Shown here: positions 1-12,641 of the stretch, piece after piece
Layout of the letters: every line of letters starts with the position of its first letter
Numbering within the stretch: position 1 is the first letter of the stretch
Assembly (NCBI GenBank): GCA_002633005.1
Contig: NMRA01000021.1
Location: 650,084-705,520 of the forward strand
DNA from: Phoronis australis
Lineage: Eukaryota > Animalia > Phoronida
Direction: 5' to 3'
DNA length: 55,437 nucleotides
Notes under the pieces: generated by a model
What the model was told of the DNA's origin: nothing
The model's database searches: none
Seen by the model: only the letters and a program-made list of their open reading frames with translations
Position numbers and translations under genes: made by a program

Positions 1-325
1 TATTCCGATAATAAATAATAACATCGAGGTGATCATCAGGCTTACAAACTTTAACATTGTCCCTTATAATTTTCTTAATGGCGTGTTCGTCCTGGAGGTA
101 ATTATTAGACATGACATTTTTGTAAAATATCTTTTTGGTGACACCGGTCCGACGTGCAGGGACTTCACAGCTAATTCTGGACACAAATCGCTTAATATGG
201 AAACCCACAAAAGCATTGGTATACCCATTATTCACCAGTGTTTGTCTTATGCGATATACCTCTTGACTGAACAATAGCCAGTTGGACGACACCGAATACG
301 CCCTCTTTAGGAAGTTGACAACAAC

Positions 326-362
326 AGCGACCTTATACCGCCCTGAGCGGTATAAGGTCGCT
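326..362. repeat. Perfect 16-bp-stem hairpin, probably the terminal structure of a HINE/Helentron-like element
   Basis: AGCGACCTTATACCGC-cctga-GCGGTATAAGGTCGCT, preceded by ACAAC. The stem is seen directly; the element class is inferred. Confidence 0.6.
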
Positions 363-775
363 CACAGATTAGGGAAATAGGTGTGGATTTTTTCAAATTT
401 ATCTAAGTAAGCGCTAAAGGAAACAACTAAGATAAGAGCATCGAAAAATGAAAGACTTGAAAACGGCTCATCAAGGTACACCACTTACTGTAGTTGATGT
501 CATGTGGAATTACTCTCACATTGGCACATACAAATGCCAAGGGTAATAATGGAAAAGATAAGTTAATTCTTCATTGTTCAAACATTACACTTTTAAACAA
601 GGCCACGAGGCATGACATTTACATGTACCTAAGTTAATAACAACAATAAACAGGAAAGTTTGGCTAACATTAAAATTTGCGAATTCCGAAGTGGCGCATG
701 AACGGCCTGTTACATGGCTCATTCGACACCATGATCAACTCGTACCAACTCGGTCACTTCGACGCTCAAGATCAA

Positions 776-1020
776 GGGCCTCTTCCAAGAAACTGTCTTA
801 AGTTCATTTTTGACCTAAACCCAAGATTCATCTCAACTTTGAAACTTCCACATCCGGTGATTGCAAGTCAAAATTAAGAAAAGCTTAAGTCAAAAACTTA
901 AGACAAACTTGAAATCTCTTTCTTGAAAAGGACTTGAGGAAAATTTAATGTTTGTCTTAAAATTGACTGAATTAATTTGAGATTTGTTTCAGCTAAGTCA
1001 GTTTTCTTGGAACGAGTCCC
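776..1020. mobile_element. MITE of about 245 bp with imperfect terminal inverted repeats
   Basis: Left end GGGCCTCTTCCAAGAAACTGTCTTAAG matches the reverse complement of right end CTAAGTCAGTTTTCTTGGAACGAGTCCC; the interior is AT-rich and non-coding. Confidence 0.6.
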
Positions 1021-1309
1021 AGATTGGGACAAAGGTACTTTTCGGGATAAAACATTCTTCTAATTTTGTTATTTCTTCGATGAGCACTAAGTGGAAAAGA
1101 AGTTAAGCGTTGAGTAAAAGACATTGTACTATTGACCTATTTACGAGCAGTCAAACATCGTATTGTGACAAGGGTGAAAAGTTCTCCTTGCGCTGTCTCT
1201 AGGTGTATAGTAGTCGTAAAACTGTCGTTGCATCCGAGGATACCAATTGTCTATCTTTAATTCTATATGATCCAGGATATAAGCCATCGATAGTTAGCAG
1301 AAAACTATT

Positions 1310-3490
1310 TCATTGTCGTATCATTGCCAGTTCGTCTTTGAGATCACCTAAGTTGGCCACGTCGCTGCCCGACTCTCCATTTACGATTGAGCTAGGGCTC
1401 AGCATATCCAAAGGGAGCTGATGATAGTTGCCACGTGCGTTGTCTAATCTCTGTTGGTCTTTCCTAGTTTCTTCTGGGTAATCACCGTCGGTTTTTGACC
1501 TTCCCTTTCTATTGCGACATTTCCAATATATACCCATTACAAATATCCCCGAGAGAAGAAAACCGCCAACCGTACTTCCAACAACTGTCGTTACGTAGTC
1601 ATCACTAGATGATTTCGAAGCTATCTTGGTTACATTCTTCTCGACTTTGAAGTGGACTTCACATCGTGAGCCCGTAAATGTCGGTGCGCATGTGCACCGG
1701 TAGCCGATGGGTGTATCGCTACAAGATGCACCGTTTCTACAGGGATGTTCTTCACACGTCTCCAGTGCAATTTCGCAATATTTTCCTCCGAAACCTTTAA
1801 GGCAAGAGCAAGTACCTGTAACAAAATCGCACGTGCCATAGTCTCGACAACCAGTTACAATACATGGTTCTGGACTAGTTCTTATCGTCGTCGTGCTGGG
1901 CGTTGTTGTAGAAATGACGGCACTTGGGACACGTGTTGTGCTTTTGACACCGTTATCAAAAGACGTGCCTGGACACGCAGGAACATTACAAAAATCCCAG
2001 CGCACGTTGATATCAACGGTATAACACCACAAGCCTGGCATGGGATGGATCCCTTTATATACGTTATCCATGTTACGACAATAATTCTCCTCGAAGAATT
2101 CTGGAAATTGTGGATGGGTGTGGGGATACTGCATGTCCCAACTCTGACACATGATATTGCCTCTTGTTGAGCTAATAGAACCTCGATACGTGGCCCCTAT
2201 TGCATCAAAAACACAATCCGTGCAAGTAGGAACATCACAAATATCACTTGCGCGTCTTTTCGCACCTTTTGCAACATAGCACCACGGCTCTTTATTGGGG
2301 TTATCATTCCGACAGAAGTTTCGCGCATAGTGCGGCGGCTTATCTTTCCAGAAAAGGCACTGTTTACCTCTTCTTGTCACACTTACCTCTCCACGATAAT
2401 ACAGACCTGCTCTACTATCTTTACAGTCTGTTCCGGAATACATAACCCAGTTGTGCCCTTTTCCACCGCATTTCAGATTTGCATTTCCTGAGCAAAGCTT
2501 GTTGCACTCCTGATCTCTAGTCTTGCCGTACTTTCCGTAATCGTGTCCACAGAAACACTTATCAGAGTCTTGAATACCAGCGTACATATAACCTCTTTCG
2601 TGACATGTAACTTGACATTTTGCTGGTGTGTTGTCATCGAAAGTGAATGCCTTAAGGTTCAAGTCTCTGTCCCTCCAGTTATCTTTGTAACACCCTGGAA
2701 GTCCACGTTGAGGATAGCATTGTACAATGGCAGGACCTGCAGCTGGAGATTTACAGAATTGTTTATCAGGCCAGTTCCATGAACAGCTGAGCAACGTCGC
2801 CTCATTTCCAGTGCATACCATGTTGCCTGTAACAAGACCAGTGTTAGCTGTTTTATACTGCCGTCCCGTTGCAGCGTACTTTGCACCGTGGCTGAAGCCT
2901 AGTTGTCGACAAACCACTTGAGCGTCTTCTCTCGTCCAGTTGGAATCACAGATGTTGATCACACGGTTATTCTTTCTGTCGTAAACATCTACTCTACCAA
3001 GTGTTTTAAATAGGGTGGACCGCTCGAGGGGATTTCCCCTAAGAGCTACAAAGAACTTTCGCTTCTGCGGTGCACACACAACTCCAGCAGCCTCGTACCA
3101 CTGGCAATTTGTCTTTTGCCAGATAATGTTACTACACTCATCCAATGTTTTCTCCGTTCCCGTACACGTGACGTTGTCTATGCGAAAACCCCCTGTGTTG
3201 TAACCATATTTAGAAGAACTCACAGCTTCGTGTGCTCCAGTAAAACCTAACTGTAGACAAACAAGATTCGCGGCTGCATGGGTCCACCCGTGATCACAGA
3301 CGGAACCCCAGCCACCAGCTTCTGAGATGTAGACTTCGACACGCCCTCTGTATTTGACACTACACCCGGCAAGCCGTATTGGATAAGGACGGGCCTTGAC
3401 AGTTTTCTGAACGGCAAAAGACATTGAGTACAGAGCTACAAGGATTACGACGGGTTGCTGTCTCCACTTCCTTGAAGGGACCATTTCCAT
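1310..3490 (-). CDS. Single-exon type I membrane protein (about 726 aa): 2 SRCR, WSC, 2 kringle, Ser/Thr-rich stalk, 2 EGF, TM, cytoplasmic tail
   Basis: Uninterrupted ORF; first in-frame ATG at 3490 (the track start at 3502 is TTG). SRCR motifs IRLAG..GRVEVY..WGSVCD..W..AANLVCLQLGF and GRVDV..ICDSNWTREDAQVVCRQLGF; WSC GCYKD..CQVTC..YAGIQDSDKCFCG..CSGN..CGG; kringles YRG..CRND..PWCY and YRGSIS..CQSW..NYCRN..WCYT..WDFCNVPAC; EGFs CSCLKGFGGKYC and CRNGASC..YRCTCAPTFTGSRC; TM VVGSTVGGFLLSGIFVMGIYW followed by KCRNRK. Confidence 0.92.
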   Translation of the reverse strand: MEMVPSRKWRQQPVVILVALYSMSFAVQKTVKARPYPIRLAGCSVKYRGRVEVYISEAGGWGSVCDHGWTHAAANLVCLQLGFTGAHEAVSSSKYGYNTGGFRIDNVTCTGTEKTLDECSNIIWQKTNCQWYEAAGVVCAPQKRKFFVALRGNPLERSTLFKTLGRVDVYDRKNNRVINICDSNWTREDAQVVCRQLGFSHGAKYAATGRQYKTANTGLVTGNMVCTGNEATLLSCSWNWPDKQFCKSPAAGPAIVQCYPQRGLPGCYKDNWRDRDLNLKAFTFDDNTPAKCQVTCHERGYMYAGIQDSDKCFCGHDYGKYGKTRDQECNKLCSGNANLKCGGKGHNWVMYSGTDCKDSRAGLYYRGEVSVTRRGKQCLFWKDKPPHYARNFCRNDNPNKEPWCYVAKGAKRRASDICDVPTCTDCVFDAIGATYRGSISSTRGNIMCQSWDMQYPHTHPQFPEFFEENYCRNMDNVYKGIHPMPGLWCYTVDINVRWDFCNVPACPGTSFDNGVKSTTRVPSAVISTTTPSTTTIRTSPEPCIVTGCRDYGTCDFVTGTCSCLKGFGGKYCEIALETCEEHPCRNGASCSDTPIGYRCTCAPTFTGSRCEVHFKVEKNVTKIASKSSSDDYVTTVVGSTVGGFLLSGIFVMGIYWKCRNRKGRSKTDGDYPEETRKDQQRLDNARGNYHQLPLDMLSPSSIVNGESGSDVANLGDLKDELAMIRQ

Positions 3491-3698
3491 ATGTGACGGC
3501 AACCATAATTTCTAATAGTATTAGGCCGAATCAAGCAATTGCTCAAGAACAATTCAATGAACGCTATTGTGTGATACGCACGTTCAGGTCGCAACACGTG
3601 CAGATTCATTGAAACGCATCTAATAAACAATTATTATTAGCTTATTTAGTGCGAGGACATTTTTACGGTTTGGACAAGGTCAAATAAAATTAAAAACG

Positions 3699-3742
<44 letters not shown>
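3699..3742. repeat. (AAT)n microsatellite
   Basis: About 14 AAT units seen directly. Confidence 0.95.
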
Positions 3743-5005
3743 TAAGTCACCCTTATGTAGAGCTATAAAGTACTGAAATGTGAAACTAAAGGAAAATGCT
3801 TTGCTATCAACAGAAATTCAAATCTCTACAAACAAACCGTGAAAATACCTGGTAAACAGTTTAACTCCCGTTTCATTGGCAGAGAATCATTCTGAATAAT
3901 GCAATTTAGTTTTTCACGTTCTATACCAATTTAAGTCTCCGCTGTCTTAGTTGTTTTCTCGCACTTAATATATTATATTTGGAGAAGTGTTCTCTGTCTC
4001 AGGTTTTTAAGAAGATACTAACCCCTGTTTTGTTGATTTCTATCAAGGCCTTGTTCAGCCACCTATAATGCATCACTGGCGTCCTACATACATGTAAGTA
4101 GTAAAACAGAATTAAATTCATCCTCTCTGAGCAACAAATTGGATATTATGGCTTTTGGTGGGTGATCTCTGGTCCTAGTTGTGTAACTCGACAGTAAGTC
4201 ATGCTTGCCCTTCAGTGGAAAATTTACTATAAAATTTTGTTCCAAACTTTTGAGTGTTGTCGATGGTTACAGAGCATTGTTTTGTTTCATAGAACTGGAT
4301 GAAATTGTTTTCAATATCTGTCCATAGGCCAAAACCGGGTTTGGTGTCCTTTCAACTTTCACTCTTCTCACTGTCTTCTGCCATAGCAGATTGATGATAT
4401 GTGCGAGTGCGCGCATTTTTCATCTGCTGCAGGTACAGTAAGTTTTGAAACTTTCCGATGGCAGAGTTTTTATTTTGTGCGTGGTCTTATTTTTGAAAAT
4501 TAATGAACTAGCTGATTTTCCTTAAAATTCACTCGCAGATCGAAGTGACACCTCGGCCGAAAAAACGACCGACTGCTACGTCGTGCCAATGTATGTGGGC
4601 TGGAGGTTAATTTAAATGGAATATAGCACATCACCACGTCAAAGCAGTCTTAGAAAAATATAAACAATAAACGTTTGCCCCCTTTCATCAAACAGAAAGC
4701 CCTTATATGCAAATTTCACTTGGGAAGTCGCAGTTGTTCATCCCACTTTTGTAAATTTCAGTGCAGCCTGAATTTTTGCTGACGAAAGTCAGAGTTTTCC
4801 ATCGAAACAGCAACCCCGGTGTAAAACGGATATCCCGGAGTCGGAAACAGCCGCACCTCCAAAACGGCTAGCCAGCCCAAAAAAACACGAACCTTGGCCT
4901 CTAAAACAAGAAGCCCAGGGATCCGAGAGGATACCAAGGGACATAAACACCACGCGATCCCCTCCTTCCGTTAACCATTGTTTGACGAAAAATAAATCTT
5001 CCCAC

Positions 5006-6215
5006 TTAATTGAGGTCGCGGAATCTCCGGCAAATTCGCAGTTTTCCGGTGTAGGGCAAAATCGTGCAAATTTCTGCGCCGATTTACGAAAACTCAAGTG
5101 TTGGAAATCGTTTTTTTTTCTATTTTCCTACTGATGGAGGGCCAGAGGACCTAGGAATGGAAGGGCATCGATTTTCAACTGTTGGTTTCCCGGCCATAGA
5201 AGTTTTAAACAGTTGTGATATGTCTTTGCGTTCTCTTCTCATCTGACTCAATATCTATCAATATTTTGTTGCTTCTTCGTGAAATTTGGCATGTGAGCTT
5301 CTTTTGAAGAATGCCCTGCTAGCGATAGTTTTTTAACTGCTGCGATTACTGTGACGCTCCCAGAGGCAAAAATGTCATTGAGTCTGCTCAATCATTTACC
5401 AATTTGTTATGAAACCTCCAGAAATTGGACCCAGTGTGTGTTCCTAATGAAGAGAGCACAACGGTGTTGATTATGGATGGATTCGTCTACCACGGAAATA
5501 TTTGAATGATGGAGATTTCTTATATCTTTTAAGAACGTCTGCGATAAACTTGGATGACGTTGTTACTGAACCCCTTGTGTTGTTCTTGTTTTACATTTTC
5601 ATTGGTCAGATTTTAAAAGATTTTCTGTCATTCAGTATATCCAGTACATTTGAAATCCTGTAAAGGAGCCTTTTTATAGGCCAGGTGTTATATTAACCCA
5701 TTTAGTTTTTAAAGCAGACAATTATAAATTTTCCAAAAATGGTGGTCACGGCTGAAATTGCACTGAACCTGATATAATTTTTTAAACACAGTCAAAAAGA
5801 TTCAGAAAATATGTGCTTTTATGTATCCTAACGTTTTCACCATTGACAGTTAATGAAGCGTGAAAAAAATTTCAGAAAGGCTGAAATTACTTTACTGCGT
5901 ATTGAAGCACAAGTGCTTTTAGCTGGCCTGAAACTTCGGGATAAACATTTACGCTTTGTATCTCAATCATAATTAGCGTCAACATTTTTTGCTCTTATTC
6001 ATCACACTAATTGTGAAACTTATTGATTTCTACGTGGAAATTAACTCAGTTGGTTTAAAAGCCTTTTTGATAATTGACTGCAGATGCAATTTTTGCGATT
6101 CGGTTGACAGGCACAGGTGCTATGAAGTAAGCGATCTGGGTAGAGTCCATTAGCTGTCTCGCGGCGAGAAAAATCTAACCAAAATCACGTGTTCTCTTTT
6201 AAAATACACGGCAAT
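5006..6215 (+). repeat. Direct repeat of about 1.2 kb, copy A (copy B at 6796-8267)
   Basis: Colinear, highly similar sequence from TTAATTGAGGTCGCGGAATC to AAATACACGGCAAT in both copies. Its first ~190 bp also recurs as a partial tandem unit at 6677-6795. Confidence 0.9.
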
Positions 6216-6795
6216 TGACCTATCGCAAGCTCCGCCCCTATGCGAAAAGTCACGTGATACCCGACATTCGAACGAGATGTCAGAGGCAAATACACTGTCG
6301 CTAAACGACGTTCCTGGTGGAATCGATGAGTGTTTTTGCACTATTTGAAAACGCTTCGACAGAGACAAGAGGCGATGCTTTTCAACAGAGAATCGTACGT
6401 TCATGATATGGGAATTTGTAAAGGTGACGATGCAAAAATGGCTCGAGGAGCCAGCGAAAATGCGAAGTACCCCTCTGCCTCGGGGCCACCTTCACCTAGC
6501 AAATGACAAGGCCACTGATACGATATGTTCATGTAAAGCTGGGTATGTACCTTCAAGTCGAATTATCTGTACGATTCCATAGATTTCATGATCTTTCTAA
6601 TAAAATCAGTAAAGATTCACCGATATTTTTATTCNNNNNNNNNNNNNNNNNNNNNNNNNNNNNNNNNNNNNNNNNNAAAACTCAACAGTTGGATTTCGTT
6701 TTTTTTTTTCTATTTCCCAAATAAGTCAGGGACAGAGGACCTAGGAATGGAAGGGCATCGATTTTTAAACGGTGATTTTTTCGGCTATAGACGTT

Positions 6796-8267
6796 TTAAT
6801 TGAGGTCGCGGAATCTCCGGCAAATTCGCAGTTTTTCGGTGTAGGGCAAAATCGTGCAAATTTCTGCGCCAACTGACGAGCACTCAACTGTTGAAAATCG
6901 TTTTTTTATTTCCCTACTGATGGAAGGCCAGAGGACCTAGGAATTGAAGGGCATTGATATCCAACTGTTGGTTTCCCGGCCATAGACGTTTTAAATACTT
7001 GTGATATGTCTTTGCGTTCTCTACTAATCTGACTCAATATCTATCAATTTTTTGTTGCTTCTTCGTGAAATTTGGCATGTGAGCTTCTTTTGAAGAATGC
7101 CCGGCTAGCGATACTTTGATGCTCCCAAAGGCAAAATGTCATTGAGTCTGCTCAATAAAGAAATAATAACAAACTCAGAAACCGCGAAGCATTATATCTG
7201 GGTTGTAAACAATTCATAAGTGACACTTATATACATAGAGGTATATACAATTAAGTAGTATCTAATATAAGTATTCCAATACTTAGATATGCTATTACAA
7301 ATGTATAAAAACAGAAATATGTACATATTCATGTATGGAAATCAGATGCAAAAATATTGATAAACGGTACATAAAAATTTACTAAAGTTGCTTAGGAGGA
7401 ATTCGTTGAGAACGAGGTCAAGGTTAGGACTACCATTCTGCTCAATCATTTACCAAATTTTTATGAAACCTCCAGAAATTGGACACAGTGTGTGTTCCTA
7501 ATGAAGAGAGCACAACGGTGGTGATTATGGATGGATTCGTCTACCACGGAAATATTTGAATGATGGAGATTTTTTATATCTTTTAAGAAGGTCTGCGATA
7601 AACTTGGAGGGCGTTGTTAGTGAACCCCTTGTGTTGTTCTTGTTTTACATTTTCATTGGTCAGGTTTTAAAAGATTTTCTGTCATTCAGTATATCCAGTA
7701 CATTTAAAATCCTGTAAAGGAGCCTTTTTATAGGCCAAGTGTTATATTAAACCATTTGCTTTTTAAAGCAGACAATTACAAATTTTACAAAAATGGTGGT
7801 CACGGCTGAAATTGCACTGAACCCGGATGTAATTTTTTAAACACAGTCAAAAGATTCCGAAGATATGTGCTTTTATGTATCCTAACGTTTTCACCATTGA
7901 CAGTTCAGGAATCGTGAAAAAATTTTCAGAAAGGCTGGAATTACTTTACTGCGTATTGAAACACGTATGATTTAGCTGGCCTGAAACTTCAGGATAAACA
8001 TTTACGCTTTGTATCTCAATCATAATTAGCGTCAACATTTTTTGCTCTTATTCATCACACTAATTGTGAAACTTATTGATTTCTACGTGGAAATTAACTC
8101 AGTTGGTTTAAAAGCCTTTTTGATAATTGACTGCAGATGCAATTTTGCGATTCGGTTGACAGGCACAGGTGCTATGAAGAAAGTGATCTGGGTAGAGTCC
8201 ATTAGCTGTCTCGCGGCGAGAAAAATCTAACCAAAATCACGTGTTCTCTTTTAAAATACACGGCAAT
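6796..8267 (+). repeat. Direct repeat copy B, containing a 280-bp insertion
   Basis: Matches 5006-6215 apart from scattered substitutions, a short deletion and the 7157-7436 insert. Confidence 0.9.
7157..7436 (-). mobile_element. 280-bp insertion with 10-bp target-site duplication, probably a 5'-truncated LINE 3' end
   Basis: TCTGCTCAAT flanks both sides (7147-7156, 7437-7446) and is single in copy A. The minus strand begins with GSPNLDLVLNEFLLSNFSKFL, resembling the C-terminus of CR1/L2-group ORF2. Confidence 0.6.
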
Positions 8268-9030
8268 AGCTCGCTTAATTTCGCTTTTCGGGTCCTAGCG
8301 TTATTTAGCTCTACCCTACTTCTCGGCAAATATGAAGACAAGTCCAATGTTTCGCTTTCAAACGCAAAGCATCATCGGGAAAACAGAAAATTTGTGTCAG
8401 TACGTACACTGTAACATGTCAGTGAATCATGCTCGAACAGGCGAATGCTTCGAGGGAGCACAACAGGGCTGTCCCGGATGACACAGCGACACTTGAATCT
8501 CCGACGTTGTATTTACCCACAATGCCGTGAACATCCATCAGGCACACTTGTTGCTTCTTCGTCCCATTGGAGTTTCACACGTCATTTGTTATTATTTGAT
8601 TTTTTACAAGCTTTTCTTGGATGCATTACATGTACTCTATTTATCTTCCCGTGCCAACAAAGTATTAGTATTGCGCACTAGGCTGCAACTCCGACGTGAG
8701 AAAGTTAAACTGGACAATTACCGTGGTTGCATGATGTGAAAATGTGCCCGATTTCCAAACAGAGTTTGATCGCCGTGTAACCCGGGACGCCCTATTTGGC
8801 CCAAGTTTTTGCAATTCAAAACCTTGTCTTTTGTGATTGCCCTGCTCTATGAAGCACGAGATGTGTGCTTTCCAGTGTGAAATGGATAGTTTTGTGTAGT
8901 CCGTTTGCAATATTCATCGACAATTGTGTATTTTCGACAATCAATCCTGAACAGGTTGCGTCATTTTTAATTTTTCTGTCCACTGATGGGTATGTTAACT
9001 GGACATGTGAGCTTCAACTTTTGCTTTGAA

Positions 9031-9188
9031 ACCTGCCTCCCGTTCAGTAACGGTAGGACCTCGCTAAAAAGCAAGACTTCGCGAGATTAAATGAGATATT
9101 GCTATTTGCTTTAAACGGGAACGCGTGACTTTGGCTAGATTTTAGTTAGGTCTTAGCGTAGGTCCTAGCGATATTGAACGCACACCTG
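9031..9188 (+). mobile_element. MITE of about 158 bp (inverted copy at 10826-10983; partial copies near 6150-6215, 8200-8300 and 16970-17045)
   Basis: The reverse complement aligns end to end with 10826-10983; sub-terminal inverted repeat CGTTCAGTAACG.TAGGACCT / AGGTCCTAGCGATATTGAACG. Confidence 0.8.
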
Positions 9189-9779
9189 ATGAGTGCCGCC
9201 ATCAATGAGCTACGAATTTATCTCATTGGCGCTATCTAGTAGGCCTACTGGGACAGGTGAACGGAAATCGTGTTGCATACGACTTGGGATCAACGGAAAG
9301 GCTATATGTGGGTCACTCGAACAATAGTAAAGTTTGACAAACTTTAGAACAGCATATCTCATAAATGAGACTACGTATATTACTGGGTTCCATTTAAGCG
9401 ATGAAATGAGTAAAGATCCCATTTTTGAACCAAAAAACGTACTTTGACGTTATAAGTGTACAACCGTTTCGTCCATGTCTCACGGACTTGATTCACCACC
9501 GGGTGGGCCCACAGTGGTTGTAGAATAAAATGATAAAAAACAGTACCGGGGATTCCTCGTGGTGAATTGAGTCCGTGAGATATGGACAACCTGGCTGTAC
9601 ACGTATCACATTAAGGTAGCGTTTATTGGTTCCAAGAGAGATCTTTACTCAATATTTTCACATCTCAGAAATGGTTGATCGAACTCATGTTAAACGTTCA
9701 GACACATGTTAACTTATGCACTGTTCTCCAAATAGCTGTTGAGAGTGGTTGCTTTTAAAATTTTACACTTCTACATGAG

Positions 9780-10170
9780 AGAATAAGATGCTCCAAATTA
9801 TAGAGACCTGTGCCTTTGAGGAGCTTCTTATGTTTATAAACATTCTCTTTTCTTTGATAAGAAATGAACTTCACAATCATTGGTCGTGGAGTTTCAGATG
9901 ATGAGACAGGGTGTCTGGTTAGGCTTTTTCAATTTGATGCACCTGATCTCCATTTGTCGGTTCTAATTTCACTTCTTGGCATTTTTCCAAGAATTCTGTT
10001 ACTCATTGGATACACTCTTCCGATCTCTCCTCTTTCAAACCATAAGTGGTATAATCTTGAGTACTGTTCTAAATCGTTCATTAAATACCTTTTCCTTCAA
10101 GGCGTATTGTTTTACCTTGAGCAGCTCTTAACTAAGCCTGAAATCTTAATTCTTTGATAATCAATTGGAA
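9780..10170 (-). mobile_element. Degenerate LINE ORF1 fragment
   Basis: The minus strand encodes TPRPMIVKFISYQRKENVYKHKKLLKGTGLY, matching the PRPIIVKF..Y..K..V...K..LKGTG motif of non-LTR ORF1 proteins; surrounded by stops and frameshifts. Confidence 0.6.
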
Positions 10171-10235
10171 AAACTTCTTCCTGTTTATCAAACCTTTCTT
10201 CCTTGTTTGGCATCCATCTTTCTTCTGGTTGCGCG

Positions 10236-10480
10236 CGTGCGTGTGTGTCCGTGTGTGTGTGTGTGTGTGTGTGTGTCGAGTGAGCGACCGCATGCATGTC
10301 ATCAGAGTTCATTTGCCAGAGTAGNNNNNNNNNNNNNNNNNNNNNNNNNNNNNNNNNNNNNNNNNNNNNNNNNNNNNNNNNNNNNNNNNNNNNNNNNNNN
10401 NNNNNNNNNNNNNNNNNNNNNNNNNNNNNNNNNNNNNNNNNNNNNNNNNNNNNNNGTGTGTGTGTGTGTGTGTGTGTGTT
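10236..10480. repeat. (GT)n microsatellite tracts flanking an assembly gap
   Basis: GT runs at about 10240-10276 and 10456-10479. Confidence 0.9.
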
Positions 10481-10825
10481 TGTGATCAAAGGGTTAATTC
10501 ACAGTAAAGCATGCCAGCACTCTCTTCTATCGCGCATGAAGGTTTATTTATGTTTACCTTTTCCCTTCACAGCAGGGGTCCAGTTCAAGAAGTAGCAATG
10601 CTGGTCAGTAAACGCCCCTATAACACGTATATGTCAATGACATGAGGGTCAGCCATACTACAAAAACTAAGTTTCTCTGTCAATACAAGTTTTTTACTCA
10701 AGCAAACAGTTACACAACAGTCTCAGACAACATACACAATTTTCAATAAAATCTTCAATAAAATAGTCGACTTCGTTCATGCAATATTTGGAAGACAGTG
10801 CTGACATCTACTGTCAAGATGCCAT

Positions 10826-10983
10826 CAGGCGTGCGTTCAGTAACGCTAGGACCTACGCTAGGTCGTAGCTAAAATCTAGCCAGAGTCACATGTTCTCATT
10901 TGAAATAAACGGCAATATCTCACGTAATCTCGCGAAGTCTTGCTTTTTAGCGAGGTAATAGCGTTACTGAACTGGAGGCAGGT
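10826..10983 (-). mobile_element. MITE, inverted copy of 9031-9188
   Basis: End-to-end reverse-complement similarity. Confidence 0.8.
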
Positions 10984-11264
10984 CAAATGACCAGTGAAAC
11001 TCTGTTTCAGAGCTTGCGTGGTTACCATTCTATTCTCTATGGTTCACAGATACAGTGGCATGAGCTTCAGATTATAAAAAAGTTTATACAAGTGCAAGGG
11101 AACAGACCACCACCATGTTTTGTCTCCAATAGCTGACTTTCGAAATAGGGGCGCCATATACAATATTGAAATTCACTATCCCACCAGACGGCGCTAAGGT
11201 TTTTGGTAAAGTAAATTTCACCTAACCCCGTTTTTATGCGCCCACGTATATACCACCGTCATAC

Positions 11265-12095
11265 ATGCCGGGTTTTCATAAAAGTTGGCAGTTGGGCATC
11301 TATTAGTAAGATGATGCCATCCTCCCGTTTTCGGACGGATTCGAGGTACTTTGCGCCACCTATTTTTACGGTTTTTTTGGCGTCCGCCCTTCCATCAACC
11401 AAACTGATCTAGGGATGACACTGAAAATTGGCATATTACTGTGTTCTTACTGTGAAGAGGGCGGTTGACGATGATTTTCCGGCGACTTTGACTACTGTGG
11501 CGCCACCTACTTGCAGTTTCGTTTGTTTTGTGCCCATTGCTGTATCTCCTCAACGCTCCACAGGAGCTTTATTGAGTTTTGCTTGTGTATTTATATGTAA
11601 TTGACAACAAAGCTTGATGACTTTCGGATGGATCGGACTACCGGTGTGCCCCCTAGTGGCATTTATAGTTTTTTAAGTTCACATCTGTATCTTCAAAGGT
11701 CGTCAACGGATTTTCATAAAATTTGGCTGATAGGCATCTATTAGTGAGTTGACGCGATTTTCCGGTGTTTATTTGATCCGTGGTATTTTGCGCCACCTAG
11801 TGGTCGTTTTCACTATTTTTGAGTCTTATTTGGAGCCTGCCCCTCTGCCAACCAAACCACTCTATGGATGATTGTGAAAATTGGCATGTATGTTCCTCAG
11901 TAAAGTAAAGAGGAAGGCTGACGATGATTTTCCGACGACTTCATCTACTGTGATGACACCTACCAGTTTTTGGATGGATTCGGCGTATTTTGGGCCATCT
12001 AGTGGCCATTTTTATGCTCCAAATAAACACTTCTAGAAGCACACCGTTTGCGGTGCATTCGTGGGCGAATTTCAACGCACCGCGTTGTTCTTGTT
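11265..12095 (-). mobile_element. Helentron/HINE-like non-autonomous element with internal degenerate tandem subrepeats (same family as 35110-36640)
   Basis: Shares terminus ACAA..CAACGCGG.GCGTTGAAAT.CGCCCACGAATGCACCGCAAACGGTGTGCTTC with 35112-35170; subunits carry CCACTAGG(T/G)GGCGC-like motifs. Confidence 0.6.
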
Positions 12096-12641
12096 CAACT
12101 ATTGGCGATCTTATTCAGCAAACAATATTTGATTTAACCACATCGCGTACTCCTTCGATTCTTTGACATGTGTTACGGTAAAGGAGAAAAGGTGTGATCG
12201 CGAGGCCAATAATTATTTTAAAAATTCCTAAACACTGAACAAAATTTTTCACATGATGACAATTTCAACCAAGCCACTGGTATAAACACAGTGTTAACAG
12301 CTTTCCTGCTATTATAATGCCAATTTCAAGCCCAGCACCTAGTGTCAGAAGGCTAAAATAAATTAGTGAAACAATAAAACAATGGCATTGGGATTTATTT
12401 CTCTGCTTTTAAATTAATGAACCACTATGTAGCACATAATTGAATTTTTGTCCACCAAACATTAGTAGAGATCAATTGAACGTCACTCCCATGCTCTGAT
12501 TACTCATGAGAGCACCAAATAAAAAGTTACTATTTGGCGTAGTTGCTATAGCTATGTGACGTAATAATTTCCGTCCCCCTTGCTTTTAGCTCACCGCAGC
12601 AGTCTCCTAACCTCTATAAACTAAAAGCATCTTTGACCCAG

